A stretch of 64,000 bases of DNA from Camelus dromedarius (taxonomy: Eukaryota): assembly GCF_036321535.1 (NCBI RefSeq), contig NC_087436.1, positions 44,146,001 to 44,210,000 on the forward strand, read 5' to 3'. The notes below the pieces were generated by a model. It searched no databases. It saw only the letters and a program-made list of their open reading frames with translations, and had not been told where the DNA came from. Position 1 is the first letter of the stretch. Each line of letters opens with the position of its first letter. A program made the position numbers and the translations under genes. Below are positions 52,136 to 64,000 of this stretch, piece by piece.

Positions 52136-53130
52136 ATGTTTTGTAGCCTAGCTAACATACTCCTCTATAAGACTATGAAAGTTCAGGAACTTAGATTTAT
52201 TAATCATTGCATTCTTAACATCTAGTACAAAGCCTAAAACACAATATGCCATCAACAAAAGGTTAGAGAAGAGATAAAGTTGAAAATGGATTCAAGTTCC
52301 AGCTTGTATGCAAAAAATGCAGTGTTCTTTGTTTTCCTATAATTAACATAAGCTTACTCAAGTCCATCCCCATTTTTTTGTTGATGAAGGCCAAATCATT
52401 GTTGCCAATTTAAGGTAATTAGCACTTTCAGTTCTACTTTAAGTCTCTTTTGGTAACAACTTAGCTAATTATGATTCTGTAACCTGGCCCTCTTGGGGCA
52501 TGGCGATGGTGGTTATCTCATGTTTCTTTCTGACACTGAAAGCCAGCTAACCGACCTGCTGGACCTCCTGTGCGCTCTATGGCCTCCACTGTGGTGTCTC
52601 TCTTTCATCTTGGTCTTGGGTATTGGCCTCTGTCCTTGATGCTGAATTCACACCTTATCATGCCCCTAATTCTTAGCTCACTGCAAGGCATTTTTGTGCT
52701 TTTTACTTCAGTCTTGTATAGTCTCTGTTGGAGTTGCTAGGGAACTCTTGTTTGCTGCATCTCTATCTTTCTGGAATGCTGAGACTCTTTTTTTTTTTTC
52801 CAGTTACAAAATAATGTGAATTTATTTATATTTAAGAAATGCATCTGTGGCATTTGGAAGCATTATTTGTGAAATGGTATCCTACATTTAATTACACTTT
52901 CTGTGGATAATGCATGAGTACTTGTGATTATGTTCATAAGTTAAATAATTCAAATAGCACTATATTAGATTCTCTCACTTTTCTAGCTTAAAAAAGACTT
53001 TCACACACCACACAGGATACTGACAAATAGCAATTCCTAAGGCTTGGAAAAAAACTTCTCTAATCAGACTCTTTTTAATGATGCTGTGCTCAATACTTGT
53101 CTTTTAACTGTCTTTGACTAATTATCATGC

Positions 53131-53475
53131 TTTTAAAATTGAAGTATAGTTGATGTACAATAGTATATCAGTTACAGGTGTACAATAGAATGATTCACAA
53201 TTTTTAAAGGTTATATGCCATGTGTAGTTTATTATGAAATATTGGCTGTATTCCCCATGTTGTAAATATATCCTTGTAGCTTATTTTATAAAGTATAGTT
53301 TGTTCCTCTTAATCCCCTACTCCTGTATTTCTCCTCCCCTTCCCTCTCCCCCCTGGTAACCACTAGTGAATCTGCTTCTTTTTTGTTATATTCATTAGTT
53401 TATTGTATTTTTTTATATTCCCTGTATAAATGATAATTTGTCTTTCTCTGTCTAACTTATTTCACTTAGCATAAT
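53131..53475 (-). mobile_element. LINE-1 3' end, part of a TSD-bounded insertion spanning 52772-53493
   Basis: Same 3' UTR as the L1s at 16748 and 39583 (attgaagtatagttga..ctggtaaccactag..ttatttcacttagcataat). Confidence 0.9.
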
Positions 53476-54307
53476 TGGAATACTGAGACTCTTATGAGGA
53501 AGCTCTCAGACCCATCCATCTAGACCTCCTTCAACCACTGCTATTTCAGGTGCAGTGTTGAATGGAGGACTTCTCTACCCAGCTCCTGGTTACACTCTTT
53601 ATAGCCAGACAATGAGCCTTCTGTTCTGAAATGTCTTCAAACTCATCTGAGATTTCTATCAGTATGCTATCTTGAGATGCCTCCTTCCCTCCTGTCATTC
53701 TTCCAATCATTTAGTCTAAGGAGATGGAACACTAGACCTTTTCTCAAGTAGCTACCAATATTTACACTCTAGTAAGTCTCCTTTGATTCTTCCTTTCCCA
53801 CCCATTGGCCAACATATAACCTCCTTCTGAACTGGGGAAACATCTCTTCCTTCATGATTGTTTTCTTTACTCTAAGGCTATGGCATAAACTCCATATTAG
53901 TCCTCCAAGCTGTGACTCTTTATATGCAAACCAAACGTTTTGTAATTCAGAATACCTTTTTACCTCTTAAAGCTTCTTCTCTTGGTTTTTAAGGCAGCTG
54001 ACTCTGAAACAAATTGAAAAAAATGAATGGGTTCAGAACCTCAGTTGACTTTTTTCATTCTGACCTTCTCTATTCCTAGGAATGGCAATGCTAAATAAAA
54101 GTGTTGCTAAGGAAAACTGTTATTTTCTCTAAGAGCCCTCCTCCCCATTTTATGGTAGTAGCAAATCCATTCATGTAAAGAGTTTTATTTTTGTATAGAA
54201 AATAGCCTGATATTCTACTTGTGTATGAAAGATATATATATTAAAAAAAAACCTTTCTACCCTCTGCCTCCTTGTTTCCCACAATAGCCTGAACAGGCTG
54301 GAGAAGC

Positions 54308-54380
54308 AAAAACAAAAACAAAAACAAAAATAACAAGCAAATAACAAACAAACAATAAATAAAAACAACAAAAACAAAAC
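54308..54380 (+). repeat. A-rich (CAAAAA/CAAA)n low-complexity tract
   Basis: Direct reading. Confidence 0.85.
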
Positions 54381-54399
54381 AGAGGCAATACTATAAGTT

Positions 54400-54810
54400 C
54401 ACCAAACTGTTTAATTTTTCTCTTGGCACACAGGAAGTCATAGATTTACCTATAGTCCCTTGTGTCTAGGGGAACTGTGTCACTGGGCTCTTTGAATGGA
54501 AACTGAGTAGAAGTGATGCATGCCACTCCAGACCTGATAATAAGAAATCCTTGTAAGATCTGTGAGATCTGTCTTGCTCATTTTCCCTAACCGCACAGCA
54601 GGAAGAGAAGGACTTTGAGATGGTGGGACATAAAATGGCAAAAGCCTGAATTCTGAGGTGATGTATTGGAACAGCTTACCCAGGCCATCTCCTGGCCAGG
54701 AACTTTAGCTCTGGATTTTATATGAACAAGAATACTGTATTATTGCATTAAGTTTCCATAATATTAGGAGTTGGAGATTTGTTTATTACAAGTTAACATT
54801 GAATAATACA
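54400..54810 (+). mobile_element. MLT1-type MaLR LTR
   Basis: gagtagaagtgatgcatgccact..ggagatttgtttattaca end. Confidence 0.55.
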
Positions 54811-57744
54811 TTTGGAAAAATCAGTGATAGGAGTGAAGGATTTAGCTGCACTTAGAGGAATGCAACTGAGAGGAGGGAAGAAGGAAGGGACAACAGAGCT
54901 GATTAATGTGGTCTTTGACTGAGCTCCATGGAATGGATAAAGTTGGATGGAGAAGGAGAAGTTCCTGGAGGTGTTAATGGCTGTCAGAATTTTAAGAACT
55001 GGAGTGGCTAATATTTAGTTAAAAATGTTTTTGGAATACAATACTTGATACAAATGAAAGAATGATATTTAATTTTTGAAGCATAACAATATAATAGTTA
55101 TGAACTCACCACCTAAGAACCAGAACATTATCATTATTGTTGAAGCTGAAACCATATGGGTAAATTTTAGAAATGTGATAAAGAAAATCAAGTTTCAGAA
55201 AATGATATACTAAGTAACAATATTTTTTATAAAGCTCAACCCCCCCCAGATAATAAGGTCTTTAGGGATATATATATATAATTTAGGGATATTATATATA
55301 TATATATATAATTTTTGAGGTGGTATGCTGGGTTCTTTTGCTAGGTGTAAGCCTTCAGTAAAAACTTCTCTGAATTTTGTTGGTACCCAGGATTAGTAGC
55401 AGGATCGTCTTAAAAGGGCAATAGAATAGGGAAAAGTCATAACATATATTAATGTTAGAGAATTGTGACAAAGCAATAACTGAAAGCCAGAGGTAATTAT
55501 AGTCAACATAATACACCGCCTCAGCCTGAATCCCTAGAGAAACAGAGAGACTCTGGATTTCCTCTCCTTAGTGGAAGATAGATTCAGATAAAGAATAGGC
55601 TAAACTAATAGTGGGAGGACATGGGGACATCCAGGGAGTTGGCATCTGGGTTACATTTGAATGAATTTTAGTTCTTTTTAGTTTCATGCTGTTGCCTCAG
55701 TTAGAAAACAGTTTTTTGCTTTTGATCTGTGTTCCTAGGAAGGAAGTCCACCCAGATTTCTGATAAGGGTGAAAGAAGAATGCTATTAGTAAAAGCAGAC
55801 TTTGAAAAACCTACATTTGACAAAGTTTATAATTATTAACATTCATTGAGTGTCTACTATCTTGGAGACCACTGTGAAAATCCTTTAGCTCTTTCTTCTC
55901 TTCATTCTTGCCTTAGGTTTTAGGTCTTGACACACGTGGTGCTTGACAAACAACTGTAGTTGCTCTCTTTTAGATTGACAATGTGACTAGGAGCTAGGAT
56001 GATGGGGACCACCCCAGTGAGGTCTTTTTCTGAATCTTTAGAATGGAGGGTAGGCAGTCTTCCTAACACAGAGTGGCTGAACACAGAGCCACAAGGATGC
56101 ACTGACAGCCTTTCCAGAAAATTGGCAGCTTTGATGTTGCTCAAGGTTGCTTGGCTCACCCTGCCCTTCCCAGCAAAGAAATGATTTTTTAATCAGAAGG
56201 AAGAGGGTTCAGGCTGGCAGGAAGTGGGTATAGATGATCTTTATTGTATGGGTGTCTAAAATGAGGCCAAGCACATAAAGTTCCATGTGAATGGAACAAA
56301 CTAGCTGGTGACTCCACTTCTGTGTTATTTTGGACACATAACTTTTTAGAGTCTGTTTTTCTATCTGTTAAGTGAAGGGTATTAATACTGATCATAGAGC
56401 ATTTTGTCGAAGATGAAATAAAATAATGGTTTGGAATAAACTTTGTCAACTCTAATTTTGTAAATATATAAGGAACTCAAGATTAGGAAGCTGTGGGAGT
56501 ACTACACTGAGCAAGGCATCAGCTGGACTACATGAACTTTGAAATCATTCCCAGTTCTAATTTTTTGTTCACTCACTCAAAAAATATTGAGCAGCTAATA
56601 TATTGAGTGTTGTTTTAGGCACTTGAGATACATCTATAAAAAAAGTAGCTACAGATCTATTTTTATGAGTCTTTTCAGTATAATCTTTGCAAAGGTTTAA
56701 TTCTAGAAAACGGTCATCGACTCCTGAAACTTTGCAATAACCTAGAGGAAAATATATAACATATATATATTTGTGGAGAGAAATAATATAAAATATTTAA
56801 GCCCTTAGAATTCATTTATGGAGAAATAACTGACTAACTTTGTTGGCCTCACACTAACATAGCTTTTCCAAAGTGTTCTCCTAGTGTGAAAAATGTCCAA
56901 ATCCCTTCTTTTATTAAGAAAGTTAAAGAAAAAACTGACTAGGATCTGGCACCCCATTGAGATATATATTTTGTACATGTCTCCCTAAGGATGAGTGAAC
57001 AGATGATTCTTATGCTTGGGTTTGAGACATGTCAAAGAAAACTCATATTGGGACCTGACTGTAGATCTAGTCCCATTTTTGAAAAATTTGTAAACCCAAA
57101 CAATCCCTTTGTCTATTTCCTTAATTTACTTGACAGATTTCCTCATTGAGAACTTTGAATGATGTGTGGAGCCTGATTTGATGACAATTTAATGACAGTT
57201 CCTCTATTCTATTTTTCCTATGAATTCCTCTCACTTCTTTCCCCTATAGATGTTCTAGCCTTTGAGGTTAACTCAGACTTTCACTGAACCCAGTCATGGT
57301 CCTCTGCTTTTGGCCAAATTCTCTGGAAGAGGACATTTGGAAGCATGCTTCTGTAAGGCACTGATGGCGATGTGCAACACTCTGTCCTAAATCAATCAGT
57401 CTTTCCAAAGCCAGTTTTATTGGTAAGTGGAGTTCATGGAATTCCACCATCTCCAAGACTTTAGTCCTTCTCTTAACCAGTCTGCTGGAAAAGTTCTTTG
57501 ACTAAGAGGAAAATTCAGATTAGCCCTTCCAATTTTTGAACAGGTATTACCAAATATATGTACTGAGAAAATTTCCTTCCGTGTTCTAACACTATTATTT
57601 ATAAAACAGCTGAGCATGCTGCAGCATAATGTACACCTTTTACTAATGTGTGTGAAGATCCCCCAGATGTCTGGAACCAACTTACAAGTTTTCTTGACTT
57701 CATTAGTTTAAGTGTCCTTTCACTGATATAGTAATTTTAGCAGA

Positions 57745-58252
57745 CTGGCAGACAGGCTTGTGGCCCTCATGATCCCTGCTTCTTGGTACTCAAGCCTGTG
57801 GGTAACCCCCTCTGCGTGAGTGTGAGCAGAACCTGTGACTTTAGTCTAGCCAAGTAGATTATGGCAAAGGTGACAGGATGTATATGATTATGTGTATGTG
57901 ATTATGTTACATAAATGATAATGCCTGTCTCTTTTCTTGCTGCTTTGATGAAGCAAGTTGTCATGTTATGAGTTGCCTATGTAGCAGGTCATGTGGCAGG
58001 AAACTAGGGTGGCCTCTGGCTGACAGGCAGCAGGAAACAGGGGCCTTGATCCAACAACCTTTGAGGAGCCCAATACGGCCAACAACCATGTGAACTTGGA
58101 AGCAGATTCCTCAGTCAAGCTTCAGATGAGACAGCAGCCCTAGCTGATACCTTATTTACAGCAGCCTTGTGAGACCCTAAGCAGAAGACTCAGCTAAATT
58201 GGCCCATAGAAATAATTGTGTGTTGTTTTAGGTCACTAAGTTTGTGGTAACT
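57745..58252 (+). mobile_element. MLT1E/F-type MaLR LTR
   Basis: atggcaaaggtga..gccaacaaccatgtgaacttggaagcagattc..gccttgtgagaccctaagcaga..cactaagtttgtggtaa. Confidence 0.85.
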
Positions 58253-60899
58253 AAGACAGAGACCAAAACATTGAGAATGGCAATGGTTTGACAGATCTCC
58301 AAACACAGGAAATCTGAATTGAAAGCTTGTTTGCCTAGAAGTCATTTAACTGGGAGGACATTTATGAATCAGTGAGGATATTTTGGGAAAACTATCTTAA
58401 ACTATATTAAAGCTATCCTAATATAATTACCTAACAATGCTAAATGGCTGTCCTTGTGATAAGCATAGGAGGGAATTTCACTACTTTTTATGTCACTAAG
58501 AAAAGTATGAAAGCAGGCAGAATTTTACTAGGCCTCCAATAATGGTTAGAAATTGATTAAATTGTCAAAGAGGTGGGAAGAGTCATGTATTTCATGTAGG
58601 ATAAATAGCCTAAACAAAGTTGATTAAGGTAGTATGGTTCAGAATGTATTTGAGAGAAAATGATCAAAATGTCTGGATGATCCGGAAGTTTCAGGAATGG
58701 AGACAGTGGGAGGAAGATAGTGGTTAAGGAAAAAGGAGGTTTTTTTTGTAGAACACCTTCAATGCAAGGCAAGAAACCTAAATTTCCCTTGAACCCATGG
58801 TCTTTGCTCCCTTTTCTCTACCTTAATCCAAGTAATCCTACCTTTATCAGTTTTATGTATTGGGCTTTAAAAAATATTTTATTTAAACAAAAGTTTCCAC
58901 AGCTAAAAATAATATGTGAATTTACTTTAGAAAAGAGGAAACTTGTGTTTTTTTCAACAGCTGCTATTAAAGTTTTATTTTACAATTCATCTGACTGTAG
59001 TTTTCAGATGGGATTAAAGGAGGGATAAATTGAAGTTATGGGGACCAGTTAGAAGGTTATTGTAATTATTTACCCTTTGAAAGGATTCATTGTTGTAGGC
59101 AAAATAGGATTTTACAACAGGATTCAGGGATTTAATAGTGCTTAACTCAGAGCTTTGCACACTTGAGACTCTCAATAAATATATGTTGAATTGTAGGGAT
59201 TTAACAATAGGACTCAGCTCCAGACAAAACAGAAAATCGCTAGAGAAAAATTTGTGGATTAACCACAACAACAACAACAAAAAAACTTACTTGGTGCAAG
59301 GGAGTTGGATGGATACATTTTGTAAAGGTAGTAAGAGTTCTTGATTATCATGTTGAAAAAGTGATTAGAAGCTTGATACTAGAGCCTCAGGTCTTGCAAA
59401 GGAACATATTATTTTACTATATAAATTTTCTAAGTAGAATTTTTACAATAAGACATAAGCTCTTTGATTTGTTTGGGTAAGTAAATCTGCAAAGGTCTAT
59501 AAGATGTATTGTTATTTTAAAAGGTAAGGGGAGCTAAATTATGCTTATTTGAGGAGTTTCCCCATTCTCATTGACACTGGGCTCAAAAACCAATGTTTGA
59601 AAGATTTACTTTTTTCCTAGAAAGAAAATTTACAGAATCAATAACCTTCACTGATAGCCATCAATTATTTATTTTTTTAAAAAAGGGAATAGAGGTTTAT
59701 AACTTTTTAAAGACAGTCCCTTGAAAATTAAAAAAAAACATATTTTCTGGGAATTTTCAATATGAATAATGAATATTTAAAATCAAAATCTCCTTAATAT
59801 TCTTAAGTATCCTTGTTCTTTTCAAAGGAATTTAGACTACATATGAATTATATTTTCTTATTTTCTTTAGTTTCTAACTAATAACCATATTAACTTTACA
59901 AAGTAAATGCATAAACATCAGCTTCTTGAAAATGACTTATTTTTCATGGAGCTGGGAATAGTGCATAGATATAACTATTAACAGTGCATTTGACTTACAT
60001 GCTGCAAAACAGAAATAGATGTCAATCATGGTTGGAGTAATTTCTCTTTAATAAGGAGAACATCAATCAAGTACAATGCTTTGTTGTAATCTCTCCATTC
60101 TAAATTTCATTTATTTCTCCTGAAACAAGCATTTTATAAAATCCATCTCAGAAATAATCAAAGGAATATCATTTACACTTACACTAAATTTTCTTCTGTA
60201 TTATTTTCTTTTATGATATCTGCAGAAAACATCTATAAATGCATAGCCTTTTCCAATTAATTGAACAGTAGTTTTTTAATTTGGGTGTCACCCCCCCAAC
60301 TTATTTCTGCTTAATAGTGATTGCTTCTCTCAAGAAGCTGAGAATTTAAAAATTCCACTTGTCAGCAGATGGAAAAGTGTTAAATATCCAAAACTATATG
60401 AGTCCTACTTTGTGAAAAAAATCCACATAAAATATGATTTTTCCCTTTGAGAGAACAATTTCTATAATATGCTTTTCCTTCCTTTTGCTAAGAAAAGACA
60501 CATTAGTAATAAATTATAAAGGAAAATAATGGGATTCTGAGAGACTGGTGCACCCCAAGGATAAAGAAGAGGTAATTGAACCAAACTGTATGTTATTTTT
60601 TGATGGCTGAATTTGTGTGACTAAAATAATTATCTTTCACAACTTTTAAACATGTGTGCAGACATTTACATACAGTTGTTACTGTTGAGTGATGTTCTTG
60701 TTCTTACTGAACTTTCTTTTCATCACAACTACTTTAATCTTAGAGAACTGAGAGTGTCAATAAGGTCATCTCTTCCCACATTTAAAATGTGGGAAATTGA
60801 TCTGCGATTCTGAAAGTCAGTAGGAAAGAACAACCTGGAAGCCAGTGAATACTATAGCCATCTCAAGGTGACTGAGGACAAAAAGGTTAGATAAGGTTC

Positions 60900-61190
60900 A
60901 GTGGTGATGGCCTAGCATTATTTTGGGTTTTTCTTTGGGAGAGCAGAGAACAGATCACTCCCATCTATTGGGAGAGGTCACACCTGGAATTCAAATGCTG
61001 TTTTGTGAGCTCTTAGAAAAGAAACACTGGAGGAAGTCCAGAAGTGAGAAATAATAGTGGTAAAGAGAACTGAAGAATTTATTTGTAAGGAGAGATTAAG
61101 GCAGTTAACTGTGTTAAGTGAAGATTAAGTGGGCCCTGATAACACGCTATGCATATTTGTAAAGCCTAAATGAAGACAGGACATATTTAG
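60900..61190 (+). mobile_element. CR1/L3 LINE fragment
   Basis: aggtcacacctggaatt..ctggaggaagtccagaag..gaggagagattaagg-like motifs of the CR1 RT region. Confidence 0.45.
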
Positions 61191-61482
61191 CGTAACATGC
61201 CTGTAGTTAAGAATATATGGCTTTTAAGGAAATAAATTCCAAGGAACTTATTAGAAGATACTGCTCAATATTTTATTTCGTGGAAATACTAGTTTTGACA
61301 AAGTAGTAATTGTAAAAGTGATTTTGTAAAATGAAAATAAGATTATAAGCTTCTTGAAGTTATTCAATTTATATAAGATTTTACAGTTATCTTATAAATC
61401 CTTATTCTTGTCAAACAAAGAACTGTTAGGAATTATCAGGCAGCACTGGATTACAGTTTTTAAAAAAAGGCAGTCTCTTAGA

Positions 61483-62866
61483 CTGCAGCTCTCAAACTTT
61501 AGTCTCAGGACTGCTTTATACTTTTAAAAAAGTATTGAGCTTCCCAAGGAGCATTTGTTTACATGGGTTTTAGTGATGGATATTTACCATATTAGAAATT
61601 AAACTGAAGATAATTTTGATATATTTATTTATTGCTTCATTAAAAATAATGATAAACTCATAACATGTTAACATATAGAACATATTTTTAGGGAAAAATA
61701 ACTATAGAGGAGAAAAGTGGTATTGTTTTACATTTTTGCAAGTCTCTAATGTCTGGCTTAATAGAAAACAGCTGGATTTCTATAGTCAGTATTACAATGT
61801 GTTGTTTTAGGTGAAGTGTATGCAGAAAGCCCAGCCTCACACAGATATGTAGTTGGGGAAAAGGGAGTATTTTAATAGTCTTTTCATATAACTGTGGACA
61901 TCCTTTTTGATACCTACTAAAATTTGACTAGCAGTAGGTTTTTGCAGGTTAGTTGCAATGTGGAATCTGATACCACACCAGTAAACTTTTAGTACCCTCT
62001 TACACTGAAATCCATTGGTCTGTCTTGCATTTTTAATGGATATTTTATAATTTTGTAACACTATGCACTGGTCACTTGGAAAATACTTGTTTTCTGAGTT
62101 ATTCAGATCTTCTCAAGGTTGATCTATTTCATTACACAATATCAAAAATTCACACTTGTTAATACTACCACTGATCTCATCAGAAAGTCTTTAAGTTTAG
62201 AAAACTGTCAAGCTCATAGTGGTAGACACAAATTTTAAAAAATTTGAATTTCTCCTGAAAGCTAGAATCTCATCATTGGCCATACATACTGTTTGTTTTT
62301 CTTGAGGTATCAAGCTCACTTTGTTCATTTTCAAGAAAACATTTTCCAAATCTCAATCTCAATAGCCATAGTTTGTCAGTCATTTTTTAAAAAGTGAAAA
62401 ATAGTGTTCCATGAAAAATAGGGTTAGCTCAGCTCATAACTCAAATGACCACATAAGTGCTTTTTTGCAAGTCATTGTCCTTTTGTGCACTGCCGAAGAG
62501 CTTTATGTATCCTCCCCACTTCATCACACAGAGTATTAAAAAGACATGTACACGCAGGTCAAGGGTTAATAAAATTAACATTTTTTATGGCTTCATCAAG
62601 AACATTCTAAGGTGAAATTGACACTTTTTTTGTTTGTTTGTTTTCTTATTGCAAGTGCAAGGAGGTGAAGAACACAATGGCAACTAGTACAATTTGGTGC
62701 CACTGCTCTGATTCATGCTACGGCACCAGTGGTTTTATCCACCATCAGTGCAAATGTCAAGACAGTGAAAAAGTTAAATAATATCTTAGCATAATTATCA
62801 AAATAGTTTAACCTCATATACCCCCTGGAAGTTTCTCAAGGGACCTCTACTGTTGAGAAGCAACAG
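61483..62866. mobile_element. Charlie1a-like hAT DNA transposon, near full length
   Basis: ctctcaaactttagtctcaggac start, aaatagttt.acctc..cccctg..ttgagaa end, internal Charlie1 motifs. Confidence 0.85.
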
Positions 62867-64000
62867 TTTCGATAGTGAATCCTTGGGAGTTAGAGTGAAG
62901 GCTGCCATATCTCTTTTCATCCTTTGGTTCCTGAACCCATATATCATTTCTAGGTTAAAAACAGTATCATACTTAGGAGCTGGTTCAGAATGCATTCCAT
63001 ACCTTGGGAGGCGTTTTTTTCACAACAAAGCCTGCAACTGAGTCTTCAATAGTCTGTTTTAGCACTGAGCCAGTAAACAAACCCTGTGATGGGTGAGGGT
63101 GTGTAAATGGCTCCAGGTCCCCATAGGAGAAGGTAGAAGGGAGATTTACAGTACTAACTGGTGATGCTATAGGCGTCTTTTCTTTCTTCTGTTTATCATG
63201 GCATTCCTTTCATTCAAGAGGCCCTGGGTTTGGAAACTGAATTAGAGCTGATAACTGGGTGAAGAGCCAAGACTTTCCTGTGTGGTCATGCAAGTCCATG
63301 CTGTTTGTCAGATTTAGAGATTTTTTTCCCCCAATTCTACAGATATTATTGCTTGTCTGTTTCAGTCCTAACAATATAAGATGGTTTAGAGCTTACTCCT
63401 TCCACCAAAAAATTGAGAGATGCATTGTTAAAGGGCATACTGGCATCCTAAAGTGTTATAATAGTTGTTCTCGCTAGCTTAGAACCGAAGATGGGAGAGG
63501 CTACCATTGAAAGAGCTTCCTGTTCAATGAGGATCATAGGATCCAGAAGTGGCAAGGTACCACTAAATCATGGTGGTCATAATTAGCTGATAATTAGATG
63601 GTTACCAGAAGTTTTTGACCACAGAAATCTTTAACAATACCTACTCATTTTTTAGTTTCCTTCAGGATGTTTCGCTTATCATTAAAGTATCACTAAAGGC
63701 CTTTTCTTTATCTTCATCCTCCTCAAATTCTTTTACTATATTCCAGTTTTTGTTTGAAAAGTGTTACAATTCGAATGTGTAAGGAATATTGCTCCCTAAT
63801 ATTTCAGAAGAGTAGACAAGAGTGTAATTTATCTAATTAGATTTATATATAAAAATTATATAAACAGTCTGTAGAAAAGGGCAGACCTCTCTAAATTTAT
63901 CACTTTTACCAAATGGTGAAATTGAGATTACTCAAATATAGTCTAAAGTGTGAAATAATTTGAGGTGTGGACATGAGGTATGAACTCAATCAGAGACTTT

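Noticed and set aside
54308..54380. A-rich tract as the tail of another retrocopy
   Set aside because: No TSD or upstream element body found
1..64000. Prokaryotic-type systems (CRISPR arrays, operons, defence islands)
   Set aside because: The sequence is mammalian non-coding DNA with no regularly spaced repeats or gene-dense ORFs

Overview
AT-rich, CpG-poor mammalian genomic DNA, most likely camelid. The evidence is a Vic-1-type tRNA-derived SINE and an artiodactyl-type shortened Tigger1, with no Alu, B1, Bov-A/BovB, PRE1 or Can-SINE recognised. I cannot identify any intact protein-coding gene. The only ORFs with recognisable products are dead L1 ORF2 fragments, so the window looks intronic or intergenic. 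A large share is interspersed repeat (L1, L2, CR1, MIR, MaLR/ERV LTRs, hAT and Tigger DNA transposons); family names were assigned from memory of consensus sequences and boundaries are approximate. The best-supported observations are four TSD-bounded retrotransposition events with unusual structure: an L1 with a ~330-bp 3' transduction (52772-53493), an orphan ~470-bp insertion of non-repeat DNA (43935-44440), a SINE carrying 41 bp of extra 3' sequence (31524-31738) and a twin-primed 5'-inverted L1 (38029-39594). Also present are three CTCF-like motifs, a CpG-rich patch with paired XRE motifs, an old local duplication, and several speculative exon candidates including a 3-nt microexon-like site. 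I found no convincing evidence of a wholly new biological system.
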